From Actinomycetota bacterium (GTDB lineage Bacteria; Actinomycetota; Aquicultoria; Aquicultorales; Aquicultoraceae): a stretch of 64,000 bases of DNA. A program made the translations under genes and the position numbers. The notes under the pieces were generated by a model, which saw only the letters and a list, made by a program, of their open reading frames with translations, ran no database searches and was not told the DNA's origin. Position 1 is the stretch's first letter. Each line of letters begins with the position of its first letter. Below, piece after piece: positions 50,144-58,779 of the stretch. The stretch lies in NCBI GenBank assembly GCA_018333515.1, contig JAGXSZ010000031.1, positions 17,654-81,653 on the forward strand, in the 5' to 3' direction.

Positions 50144-50419
50144 ATGACTTCATATACAGCCGACAAAGAAAAGATTTTATCAAGACTTAAGCGTATTGAG
50201 GGGCAACTCCGCGGTATCCAGCGGATGGTAAACGACGAAAAGTATTGCGTCGACATTCTGGTCCAGATATCGTCGGTTCTCGGCGCGACTCAGCGAGTAG
50301 GACTAATCATCCTTGACGACCACATCAAAGGCTGTGTGCGAGAGGCCATGTCGAGCGAGGACGAAGACTCGGCCATACAGGAACTGATGGATGTAATCCA
50401 GCGTTTTGTAAAGACCTAA
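50144..50419 (+). CDS. csoR: CsoR-family copper-sensing transcriptional repressor
   Basis: 91 aa with RLKRIEGQLRGIQRMV....YC.DIL.Q and H..GC, the C-H-C Cu(I) ligand pattern of CsoR/RcnR. It is divergent from copA. Confidence 0.9.
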   Translation: MTSYTADKEKILSRLKRIEGQLRGIQRMVNDEKYCVDILVQISSVLGATQRVGLIILDDHIKGCVREAMSSEDEDSAIQELMDVIQRFVKT

Positions 50420-50498
50420 CCGCTTCGGCACCCTCGTCAACTCTACCGAACGGCCGGCAGCGGGCCGGTCTCTATACCACATGGGCGCCGATTGTGAG

Positions 50499-51230
50499 CT
50501 AAACTGCGTCGCGGTCGCCTGTGCCGACTCCGCTTGGAGCGCGCAACACCGCCCCGGTCGCCGCGTCACTCACTATGACACCATCTCTCAACTCTATCAA
50601 ACGACCGGTATCGCGAATCGAGTCGGGATTGTGCGTGACCATTATTATGGTTTGGCCGTCCGCGTGCAAGGCTTGAAAGAGGTCGAGAATCTCGGAACCG
50701 GTCTTGCTGTCGAGACTGCCCGTCGGCTCGTCGGCGAGGAGCATAGGCGGGTCGTTTACGATAGCGCGCGCGATGGCGACACGGCTTTGCTCGCCTCCGG
50801 AAAGCTCCGACGGCAACCGTCTTGCTTTGTCCCCGAGGCCGACTTTTTCGAGCATCCGAGCCGCCCGCCCTTTCTTGTCCTTGACGTCGGACACGACCAA
50901 CGGCAGCATCACGTTTTCGAGCGCCGTAAGATACGGTATGAGCTGTGGCTGCTGAAAGACGAATCCCAAGTATTCGCGCCTGAAATCGGCCCGTTTCTCC
51001 TGCGATAGCGCGTAGACGTCGATACCGTCGACGAGGAGCGCGCCCTCACTCGGCGGGTTCATCGCACCCAAGATCGCCAGCAACGTGCTCTTTCCGCTCC
51101 CCGATGGGCCCATGACCGCGATATACTCGCCCGGCTCGATTGTAAAATCGACGTGCCGCAACGCATGGACTCTCGTCTCCTCATCGTTCCCATAATACTT
51201 GCAGACCCCGTTCGCTATCACCAGCGACAT
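50499..51230 (-). CDS. ABC transporter ATP-binding protein (MacB/LolD/FtsE-like)
   Basis: Walker [10 protein letters not shown], signature [14 protein letters not shown] and Walker [13 protein letters not shown]. Confidence 0.9.
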   Translation of the reverse strand: MSLVIANGVCKYYGNDEETRVHALRHVDFTIEPGEYIAVMGPSGSGKSTLLAILGAMNPPSEGALLVDGIDVYALSQEKRADFRREYLGFVFQQPQLIPYLTALENVMLPLVVSDVKDKKGRAARMLEKVGLGDKARRLPSELSGGEQSRVAIARAIVNDPPMLLADEPTGSLDSKTGSEILDLFQALHADGQTIIMVTHNPDSIRDTGRLIELRDGVIVSDAATGAVLRAPSGVGTGDRDAV

Positions 51231-51261
51231 TAATAAAACCTCCTATGAAAGAAATCTACCC

Positions 51262-52419
51262 CTAAAGACTTTTGAGCGCGTCGGACGGATCCATGTTCGC
51301 CGCGCGGCGCGCCGGCATCGCGCTCGAGACGAGTCCGACGAAGACCGCTATCGCGAGCGCCAATAAAAAGACCGACGAACCGGCCTCGACCCGCAGTTCG
51401 ATACCTCGCACGAACCGCGGCAACGCGTATGTGGCGCCGAAACCGACAATATAGCCGACAATACCGCCGACAACGCTGACCGCCAGCGCCTCGGTTAGAA
51501 TTATCCGGGCAACGCTCGACTTCCGGTACCCCATCGCCCGAAATACGCCTATCTCTTGCTTGCGTTCGTTTACCGATGAGGTCATCGTCACAAAGACTAT
51601 AAACCCGCTTATCATTATGATAATCGCCGTCACCATCAACCCGAATCTGACGAGTGAGCCCATCGCCTCTTCCCGATATTTGACCGCCTGCTTGATTGAG
51701 GAGACCTCGGCACCCGGAAGCGCCTTCTCCAACTCGGCCACGACGGTGTCGATTTGGTCGCTTCGCCGCGCCGATATTTCAATGAGGCTCAACTCTTGAC
51801 CGCGGCCAAAGAGCGACTGCGCCAATTCGATATCGCTAAAGACCAGGCCGTCATCTTGGCTTCCGGTCTCATGTAAAATACCCGCCACCTTAAAGGTCTG
51901 TGAGCCGATTTTCACCGAATCGCCCACTTTTAGGCGGAGGCTCTTTGCGGCATCCGAACCGAGAATGACCTGGTCTTTCGACGAAGGTTTGTGCCCCGTG
52001 ACCTTCCACCACTTCTTAACCTGAAACTCCTCGTCGAAATCGACCCCGACAAGGAGCGCCTTCTTATTCTTGACCTCGATCGCCTGTAAGACCTTGGGCG
52101 ATATGGCCATAATATGATCCGCACTCCGAATCCGGCGCGCTTTCCCGAGGTCCGCTTCGGTCAAGGTTTCGACCTCGAACGTGTCGACGCCCGAGATATT
52201 CATGCCGCCGTAATTTAGCGAGAGGCTCGAAGAGGCGGGGTAAACCACGATATTGAAGCCGTACGCGTCGAGCTGGGTGTCGATGCTCTTTTCGAAAGCG
52301 AGCATCAAGGTGACGATAGAGACCATCGTCGCGATACCGACGGCCAACCCGACGACGACCAGCGTCGCCTTCCCTTTTCGTCGCGCGAGATTCTTAAAAG
52401 CAATCGTATGTAATCTCAT
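51262..52419 (-). CDS. FtsX/MacB-type ABC transporter permease
   Basis: 385 aa. It has TM1, a large extracytoplasmic domain, then three C-terminal TMs with the FtsX-family motif (EIGVFRAMGY). Confidence 0.85.
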   Translation of the reverse strand: MRLHTIAFKNLARRKGKATLVVVGLAVGIATMVSIVTLMLAFEKSIDTQLDAYGFNIVVYPASSSLSLNYGGMNISGVDTFEVETLTEADLGKARRIRSADHIMAISPKVLQAIEVKNKKALLVGVDFDEEFQVKKWWKVTGHKPSSKDQVILGSDAAKSLRLKVGDSVKIGSQTFKVAGILHETGSQDDGLVFSDIELAQSLFGRGQELSLIEISARRSDQIDTVVAELEKALPGAEVSSIKQAVKYREEAMGSLVRFGLMVTAIIIMISGFIVFVTMTSSVNERKQEIGVFRAMGYRKSSVARIILTEALAVSVVGGIVGYIVGFGATYALPRFVRGIELRVEAGSSVFLLALAIAVFVGLVSSAMPARRAANMDPSDALKSL

Positions 52420-52428
52420 CAGAACATC

Positions 52429-53601
52429 CTATGTTATAGAGTTTAACGCCTCGGACGGGTCGAGGCGGGCGGCGACTGTCGCCGGATACACGCCTGCCAA
52501 CAACGATAGAACGACTACGCCGCCGATGGCAATAGCCGGGACGATAGGGTCGAAGACGACACCGACGTCCATACCGGTGGCGATCGGCGCGATATAGCCC
52601 GACGCCGAAAAACCGGCGAGATACCCGCCGACTCCGGCGACCAGTCCGACTATGGCCGATTCTAAGAGCACTATGAGGGCGATGTGAGACCGGCGGTAGC
52701 CGACCGCGCGAAAGACCCCTATTTCCCGGCGCCGCTCCCGAACCGCGCTCAACGTGTTCGTAAAGACTACGAGCGCGGCAACGATACCCATCGTCACCGA
52801 GAGTATCAGGCTGAAGAGGCTGAATTGGCCGATGACGGCATCGCGCGTCTCGGCGGCTTGGCGCACCGCCGCGACTTTGGCTCCCGGCAATTTCTCCCTT
52901 ACCTGCTCGACTATGTCATCAATGGGACAATCTTTGCACCACGCCGAGACCTCCGCGAAGCTGACCTCGCCCGGCCGCTCAAGGATAGCCTGGGCCTGCT
53001 TCATGCCTATAAATATTAGTTCGTCTTCTTCCGTGCCGACCTGTCCGAGTACACCGGCGACCCGAAACTCTTCGCCGGAGATGTTTAAGCTATCCCCGGC
53101 GCCTGCCCCGAGTCTGCGCGCCGCTTTACCGCCGAGTAAGATCTCGCGGTCGTTGGCGGGACGAACGCCCTGCTTTATCTCCCACCACTTCTTAAGATCG
53201 AACTCATCTTTGAAGCGAACCCCGGCGAGCATCGTCTTCGACCCGTTTACCTCGACTATGCCGAGGAGTTTCGGCGAGACGACCTTTACGTTGGCGCTCT
53301 CCTCTATGGTGCGGATCTTTTCGAGGTCTTTCTCGGTGAGCGAGTGCGAGCCGTACTGCAAGCCGCCGACGGTCACACCCGCGTATGTGAGGGGCAAGCT
53401 CTCGCTCTTGGGCGTAATGACCATATTCGCTCCGTACTCGTCGATTTTGTCCTGCAGGTCCATATGCATGGCTCTGGAGACCGTGTATAATCCGACGATG
53501 ACCGCTACGCCGACCGCGAGCCCGGCCACCAAAAGCGCGACCTTCGCGGGGTGCGTCTTTATATTCTTCCACGTTATGTGGTAGAGCCTCACAAAATTCA
53601 C
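52429..53601 (-). CDS. FtsX/MacB-type ABC transporter permease (paralogue of the downstream gene)
   Basis: 390 aa with the same topology and EIGVFRAVGY. Confidence 0.85.
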   Translation of the reverse strand: MNFVRLYHITWKNIKTHPAKVALLVAGLAVGVAVIVGLYTVSRAMHMDLQDKIDEYGANMVITPKSESLPLTYAGVTVGGLQYGSHSLTEKDLEKIRTIEESANVKVVSPKLLGIVEVNGSKTMLAGVRFKDEFDLKKWWEIKQGVRPANDREILLGGKAARRLGAGAGDSLNISGEEFRVAGVLGQVGTEEDELIFIGMKQAQAILERPGEVSFAEVSAWCKDCPIDDIVEQVREKLPGAKVAAVRQAAETRDAVIGQFSLFSLILSVTMGIVAALVVFTNTLSAVRERRREIGVFRAVGYRRSHIALIVLLESAIVGLVAGVGGYLAGFSASGYIAPIATGMDVGVVFDPIVPAIAIGGVVVLSLLAGVYPATVAARLDPSEALNSIT

Positions 53602-53691
53602 CTTTACATTAACTCTTAATCTTTATCTTAAACACTCATCGTTGACGCCGGGGTTTTGAGCCCCACGCCCCGTTTATTGCCCGCTTGCAAC

Positions 53692-53757
53692 GCGCCCCTC
53701 GGGCGGGCGCACCACAAGTGCTTCCGATAGCGCGAGCGCGCGCCCCTCGGGCGGGCG
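53692..53757. repeat. Two copies of an 18-nt GC-rich hairpin-forming direct repeat
   Basis: GCGCCCCTCGGGCGGGCG at 53692-53709 and 53740-53757. Each contains CGCCC-CTC-GGGCG. They lie between the Cys-rich protein gene and the first permease gene. Confidence 0.85.
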
Positions 53758-53761
53758 ACGA

Positions 53762-54247
53762 TTACTTAGGACGCACTGGAAACAACGTCTCTGAGAACTC
53801 GCCGTTTCTAAAAGAAAGTTCGGTGACTGCTTTGCCGTCCTTCTTAATCGTAATCTCGTAATGACATCCTAAGCTTTCGGCCTCGGCGGTGACCTCACGG
53901 TCGCCCGTTCTCTCGGCATAGTAATCCATAGCGGCCTTCTCTATCGCGGCAAGCTCCGTCGAGGCGGCCTGCGAACCGCCGGGGGCAACCTGTGCGGCCG
54001 AAGAACCGCAACTATCGCCACAGCTACCGCCGCCGCAAGAGCCCGGTTCGAACGCGGCTGCCTGGTTCGAAGCAACCGATTTTATGACATTGTTGAACAC
54101 GAGAAAGAGCGCGACAACCGCGACCCAAATCACCACATACTTGAGGGCCCGGCTCTTGGTGTCTTGCCTGGGGCTCACCTCGTCCGCTTCGCTCTTTGCC
54201 TCTTCGATCCTGCTCTCGTCCATAGGGGCCTCCTTACGCGTTGGCAT
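53762..54247 (-). CDS. Membrane-anchored protein with SCG-repeat Cys cluster and small C-terminal domain (function unknown)
   Basis: One TM segment (YVVIWVAVVALFLVF) and the extracytoplasmic run GSCGGGSCGDSCGSS, then a ~70-aa domain. The start could be MDESR at 54223. Confidence 0.6.
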   Translation of the reverse strand: MPTRKEAPMDESRIEEAKSEADEVSPRQDTKSRALKYVVIWVAVVALFLVFNNVIKSVASNQAAAFEPGSCGGGSCGDSCGSSAAQVAPGGSQAASTELAAIEKAAMDYYAERTGDREVTAEAESLGCHYEITIKKDGKAVTELSFRNGEFSETLFPVRPK

Positions 54248-54310
54248 ACATAAACTCCGCTAATTCCATCGTCACTTTTTTATGCCGTAAGACCGATTCG
54301 CGATAGACTA

Positions 54311-54985
54311 TTATTCATCGCCGACCGGCCTGTCGAGCGGCTGCGGCTCCCAGTCGGCCAGGTCGGCCTCGGCCAGCTCGATGTTTTTACCGACAAGTTC
54401 GTGCGCAATCGCATCGGCCGGATATAGCTTACATGAGCCGGAGATGCCGGCTTCGGTCTCAGGGTCGCGTTTGGTGCCGCAAGCATTACACGTCAGCGTC
54501 CCGTCGGCCTCAAAATGATGATACTTGGCCTGACAAGGCGGGCAATAACTTACTCCGGTAAAGAGTTCGCCCGAGGGCTTGATGTAAGCCATCATCGAGA
54601 TTGATTGGCCGTCCTTCGGCCGAAGATACTCAAAAGATACGATGCGGTCGACGATGACGTCTCCCGCTTTGATTATTACTTTGCCGTCCTTAACCTCGGG
54701 AATAACCGGAACCATGTCTATCCGGCGGTCGTAAACGACCGGCTCGGTCAGTTTCTCCGGTTTAAAATCGGACGGCAAATACCTGCCGATATATTTTGCC
54801 TCGGCGGCTGTCGGTTGCACCGAACCCGGCGTCTTGCCCGAGTTTGCATAGGCGACTATGAAACCCACGATAGCTACAACCGCGACGCTCAGCACGACGT
54901 ATAGAAGCGCCGGTTTCTTATTCTTCGGCTCGACAAAGTGTGCGCGCTTGCCTTTAAGCCTCTCATTAGCGTTCTTCTTATCCAC
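54311..54985 (-). CDS. DUF2318-like membrane-anchored Cys4 (metal/Fe-S-binding) protein
   Basis: N-terminal TM segment, then SYCPPCQ...CNACG...GSC. I recall this as the DUF2318 arrangement seen next to FtsX/ABC genes in iron-uptake loci. Confidence 0.6.
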   Translation of the reverse strand: MDKKNANERLKGKRAHFVEPKNKKPALLYVVLSVAVVAIVGFIVAYANSGKTPGSVQPTAAEAKYIGRYLPSDFKPEKLTEPVVYDRRIDMVPVIPEVKDGKVIIKAGDVIVDRIVSFEYLRPKDGQSISMMAYIKPSGELFTGVSYCPPCQAKYHHFEADGTLTCNACGTKRDPETEAGISGSCKLYPADAIAHELVGKNIELAEADLADWEPQPLDRPVGDE

Positions 54986-55139
54986 AACTAATCACCTCTC
55001 TAAATCTTTTTATATCTAATCGGCCGGCAATGCCTTGGCCTGATACCCATGTCCGCGTCAAAAATAAACCGGGCACACGAGCAAGTCTATCTTAACACAT
55101 CTACTACGGCCCATAGTAGTTAAACATAAAAAATTTTCA

Positions 55140-56111
55140 CTACTTGCAACATCCGTGGTTCTTAGCCACGCAGTCCGGTCCCTTACAGCAACCACCGACC
55201 GCATTTGCGTCTATCGCCGGCTGCGCATATGCAAAGCCCGCAACGATCAGCACAATGGTTGCGCTTGCGACGATGCTCAGCATCAACCCGGAGATAGAGG
55301 GGCGCGCTTTTATCTTCGGGTCGAGAAGACGTTGAACACGGTCTTTAGCCGACGCTCTCCCGGAGAAAAACGTCGCGTACGCCGGCGAGAACGTCACGCC
55401 GCGGGTAACCCTGGCCACAGAGACGATAGCCTCGGCCAGCTCGACCGGTTTTGCGGTAAGCTCGACCGCGAAGTCGTCGGCGGCGTATTCCTTCTCGCGA
55501 ACGAACAGGCCGAGCAAGTAGTGGCTTATCGGGAGAGGCCAGAGAAAATCACGGATGAAGATCGCGGCGAAGATCGCGAGGTTATCGCGACGCCGAACGT
55601 GGCCGATTTCGTGGGCGAGCAGCGCCGTCAGCTCATCATCTCTTAATTTGTCGATAAGCCCTTTAGAGATACATATAGAAGGGGCCAGCAGACCGTGCGT
55701 AAACGCCGCCACAGACTCGTCGTCGGCTATCCGAACCCTCATCTCTTCGGCGTTCAGCCCTAATAGGAGACGCTTAAGACGCGGCGATTCCTCTCCGTTG
55801 CGCTCATAACGCGCCGCCATCCTTCGGGCTGAAGCGAGCACAAGCACAGCTTTTACCAGCGCCGCGCCGAGCGCCACGATAGCCAAACTTACCAAAAGGT
55901 TCCGCGGGCTTCCTATAATTTGAGCGATGGATATATACGCGTCTTTGCATTCTGTCCCGAAACCCGCGCACGTCTCGGCGATACGCTTGACGGCAACGCC
56001 GTTCGCGAGCCACCGGTCGATGTTGTAGCCGATTGCCCCAATAGCCGCAAACCCCAATACGAGAAGGCCGATTATACTGATGCGCGTATTTCGCGAGGGC
56101 GTCTTGGTCAT
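55140..56111 (-). CDS. BlaR1/MecR1-type M56 zinc metalloprotease signal transducer lacking a penicillin-binding domain, with a Cys-rich C-terminal tail
   Basis: HEIGHVRRRD (HExxH), several TM segments and a final TM followed by only ~27 aa (QPAIDANAVGGCCKGPDCVAKNHGCCK). It overlaps the upstream BlaI-like gene by 4 nt. Confidence 0.75.
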   Translation of the reverse strand: MTKTPSRNTRISIIGLLVLGFAAIGAIGYNIDRWLANGVAVKRIAETCAGFGTECKDAYISIAQIIGSPRNLLVSLAIVALGAALVKAVLVLASARRMAARYERNGEESPRLKRLLLGLNAEEMRVRIADDESVAAFTHGLLAPSICISKGLIDKLRDDELTALLAHEIGHVRRRDNLAIFAAIFIRDFLWPLPISHYLLGLFVREKEYAADDFAVELTAKPVELAEAIVSVARVTRGVTFSPAYATFFSGRASAKDRVQRLLDPKIKARPSISGLMLSIVASATIVLIVAGFAYAQPAIDANAVGGCCKGPDCVAKNHGCCK

Positions 56112-56533
56112 TCCTCTATCCGACTTCTCTTCTGCTTAATCAGGCGCTCAAGCTCGTCGAGGGTCGCTGTGTCTTCGGTGATGTTCTCGACAAAAAAACT
56201 TAAAGCTTGCTTTCCGAGGTCTTCATGGAAACCGTTGAATACCGAGGCGAACATGGTCTGGTTGAACTCTTCTTTGCTAAGGAGCGCCCTATAGAGATAT
56301 TGCTTTCCGTTGCGCTCTTGAAATAGGATGTTTTTCTCGGCCAAGCGGCTCATTACCGTCATTACGGTCGTATAAGCTATTTCGCGGTCTCTCTCAAGGA
56401 TACCGTGGATCTCCCTTACGCTTGCCGGGTCTTTCTCCCATACAAGCTCCATTATGTCGGCCTCAAGGTCACCGAGCATCTTTCTCACACCCGACTCGGC
56501 CGGTCGAAAACTTCCCAGCTTGAACCGCTTCAT
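56108..56533 (-). CDS. BlaI/MecI/CopY-family winged-helix repressor
   Basis: 141 aa with E..IM..VW.....SVREI...L......AYTTVMTVMSRL..K. There is no C-terminal CxCxxxxCxC, so it is not a CopY-type direct copper sensor. Confidence 0.85.
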   Translation of the reverse strand: MKRFKLGSFRPAESGVRKMLGDLEADIMELVWEKDPASVREIHGILERDREIAYTTVMTVMSRLAEKNILFQERNGKQYLYRALLSKEEFNQTMFASVFNGFHEDLGKQALSFFVENITEDTATLDELERLIKQKRSRIEE

Positions 56534-56563
56534 AAAAGCCTCTCAAGAAAACGTAAAACGATT

Positions 56564-56580
56564 TACTATGCTTTGTAGTA
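56564..56580. promoter_or_regulatory. Candidate BlaI-type operator
   Basis: TACTA-TGCTTTG-TAGTA dyad lies 31 nt upstream of the BlaI-like start. It contains TAC/GTA half-sites like BlaI/MecI/CopY boxes, but not the exact TACAnnTGTA. Confidence 0.3.
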
Positions 56581-56636
56581 TATCCTTTATTTGTCAGTTT
56601 GCCAATATTAAACACACCTTTTGTATGAAAAATCTC

Positions 56637-56664
56637 TTCACTTCCGATATTCTTGTGATAAAAT
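56637..56664 (+). promoter_or_regulatory. Candidate promoter of ccdA
   Basis: TTCACT (56637-56642), 16 nt ending in TGa, TAAAAT (56659-56664). Confidence 0.35.
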
Positions 56665-56698
56665 GATTGCGGAACACAGATACCGGTAGGGGGTATAT

Positions 56699-57421
56699 AT
56701 GGGCGGCAGTCCCGACATTGGAATACTTATAGCGTTTACAGCGGGCATTATATCGTTCTTATCACCCTGTATTTTGCCGCTCATCCCAGGGTACCTCTCC
56801 TTTATATCGGGAATCTCCGTCGACCGCCTCGGCGAATCGAGCGGCCGGGAACGGTTCAAAATCCTATTCGCCACCCTCTTGTTTGTGGCCGGCTTTGCGA
56901 CGATATTCGTCGGTCTGGGCGTATCGGCCGGCCTGGTAGGCGTTTCCTTGACGAACTATCAATCGATTATGACAAAAGTGGCCGGTATCACCATTATCCT
57001 GTTCGCCTTGTTCACAATGGATATCATTAAAATACCGCAGCTCTACAACACCAAGCGTTTTCAATCAAAGACCACGCGCCAACGGAGTCTATGGGGGGCG
57101 CTGCCGCTGGGCATGGCCTTTGGTTTCGCCTGGACACCGTGTGTCGGCCCGGTGCTCGGCTCGATATTCATGGTGGCCGCGACCGGCGACAACGTTAGTC
57201 AGGGAGCGGTACTCTTGAGCGTCTACGCCCTCGGCCTGGGTATTCCGTTTATCGCGACGGCGCTCTTCTTCAACACGGCGCTCAACGCGTTCGGCTGGAT
57301 AAAAAGGAATTATCGCGCGGTAAATATAGTAAGCGGGGTACTACTGCTGGCAATGGGCATTTTAATACTGACCAATAAGATGGCGGCGGTCAACTCGTAT
57401 ATATTGAAACTGACCGGCTAG
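56699..57421 (+). CDS. ccdA: CcdA/DsbD-family thiol-disulfide transporter (cytochrome c maturation)
   Basis: 240 aa with 6 TM segments. The first TM has SPCILPLIPGYL and the fourth has TPCVGPVLG, the two conserved Cys of CcdA. Confidence 0.9.
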   Translation: MGGSPDIGILIAFTAGIISFLSPCILPLIPGYLSFISGISVDRLGESSGRERFKILFATLLFVAGFATIFVGLGVSAGLVGVSLTNYQSIMTKVAGITIILFALFTMDIIKIPQLYNTKRFQSKTTRQRSLWGALPLGMAFGFAWTPCVGPVLGSIFMVAATGDNVSQGAVLLSVYALGLGIPFIATALFFNTALNAFGWIKRNYRAVNIVSGVLLLAMGILILTNKMAAVNSYILKLTG

Positions 57422-57649
57422 GTCTTCAAGCGACCGAGCCGGTGTTACCGGATGGTTTCGCCCCTCTGTGACGCCCAATGATATCTTCGTTTTTTCGATT
57501 AATCCTCGTCGGAGCGGACCGTAAATTAACCTAACGGCGCTGAGCGTTTGACATGCCGAAATTGATAATATTTTAGCATTCTGGGCGTTAAAATCGCTCT
57601 TATTATATTAAACCCGCTGTCCAGCACGTTTTTTTTTGGTAAAATTTGC

Positions 57650-57680
57650 TTGACAGTGACCTCTATGTAGCATTTATAAT
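57650..57680 (+). promoter_or_regulatory. Candidate sigma-70-type promoter of the cytochrome operon
   Basis: TTGACA (57650-57655) and TATAAT (57675-57680) with a 19-nt spacer, or TTTATA with 17 nt. A ~225-nt leader precedes the first cytochrome gene. Confidence 0.55.
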
Positions 57681-57904
57681 AACCGTATCGTAGCTTCCTA
57701 GAAGTCCTAACCGTATATACATTAGGCTAGCTCAGCTGAGTTAATGCTGCTGAGCGAGTGCTCGGCTCATAAGCATAAGCGGATATGATTTGCGATCAAT
57801 ATGTGTTATCATGTTACAAACTTTTGTGTTTTAACTAAAGTCAAATGCGCTTAAGCCGATGTCTCTTTAATGCAAGCAAAAACAACCATGGGGACGGTAC
57901 ATCA

Positions 57905-58777
57905 ATGCCAGACTTAAAAGGGATGTCTTCCAGGACAAAAAAACTTATCTTAACGATAGCCGCTTCCCTCACGGTCTTTTCCATTGCTGTCGTGGTAGCC
58001 GGAACGGCTATGACGAGTCGTCCGCAAACCTGCAGCCTCTGCCACGCAATGCAAGAGCCTGTCAAAGCGTGGCAGGCCTCATCGCATGAAAAAATAACCT
58101 GTATCGAATGCCACCACAAGGAACCCGGCTATTTAGGGTTTGCCGTAGGTATTCCCACCAAGGTCAGTGAGGCTACGAAGCACATCACCGGCGACTATCA
58201 GATCCCGGTTAGAGCGAAGCACGACACCAAGAGTAAGGTCTGCCAAAAATGTCACGTTAGCTGGCGAAACGTATCCCCCGGCGGCGACCTTATCATACCC
58301 CACAATCTCCACTTCGAGAAACGCAAAATCGAATGCGTCGTATGCCACTCCTCGGTCGTCCACGGCGAGGACAGGGATAACGAGATTACGAGGCGTCCGG
58401 CAATGCAGCTCTGCTTGAGTTGCCACGATACCGGCAGAGAGAACGCGCCTATCCTTAAGTGTAAGGATTGCCATACTGAAAAAGGCGTACCGTCGAGCCA
58501 TAACGAAAAAGATTGGTTCGAGATGCACGGGCAGCTCTATAAGGACCCGAATCATCCCGACAGCCAATGCGACGATTGCCATGGTTGGACGCCGACATTC
58601 TGCAGCGACTGCCATAAGAGCAAGCTTCCGACGACCCACTACGGCGGCAGCCAGTGGAAGACATTTCACAGCATTCGCGCCAAAGTCAGAAAGAGCGGTT
58701 GTCTGGTCTGTCATGACGCGAAGACCTTCTGTTATAGGTGTCACGATCCATTTGAAGATGTTGAGAAGGGTAAATAA
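57905..58777 (+). CDS. Membrane-anchored decahaem c-type cytochrome (NapC/NirT-like N-terminus plus paired CxxCH motifs)
   Basis: One N-terminal TM segment (LILTIAASLTVFSIAVVVAG). Ten CxxCH motifs: CSLCH, CIECH, CQKCH, CVVCH, CLSCH, CKDCH, CDDCH, CSDCH, CLVCH, CYRCH. I chose the start MPDLK (57905). The ORF track runs from 57845. Confidence 0.85.
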   Translation: MPDLKGMSSRTKKLILTIAASLTVFSIAVVVAGTAMTSRPQTCSLCHAMQEPVKAWQASSHEKITCIECHHKEPGYLGFAVGIPTKVSEATKHITGDYQIPVRAKHDTKSKVCQKCHVSWRNVSPGGDLIIPHNLHFEKRKIECVVCHSSVVHGEDRDNEITRRPAMQLCLSCHDTGRENAPILKCKDCHTEKGVPSSHNEKDWFEMHGQLYKDPNHPDSQCDDCHGWTPTFCSDCHKSKLPTTHYGGSQWKTFHSIRAKVRKSGCLVCHDAKTFCYRCHDPFEDVEKGK

Positions 58778-58779
58778 AC

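Noticed and set aside
53692-53757. Mini CRISPR-like array
   Set aside because: There are only two 18-nt repeats with a 30-nt spacer and no cas genes. The repeat is far shorter than CRISPR repeats. I kept it as a simple duplicated hairpin.
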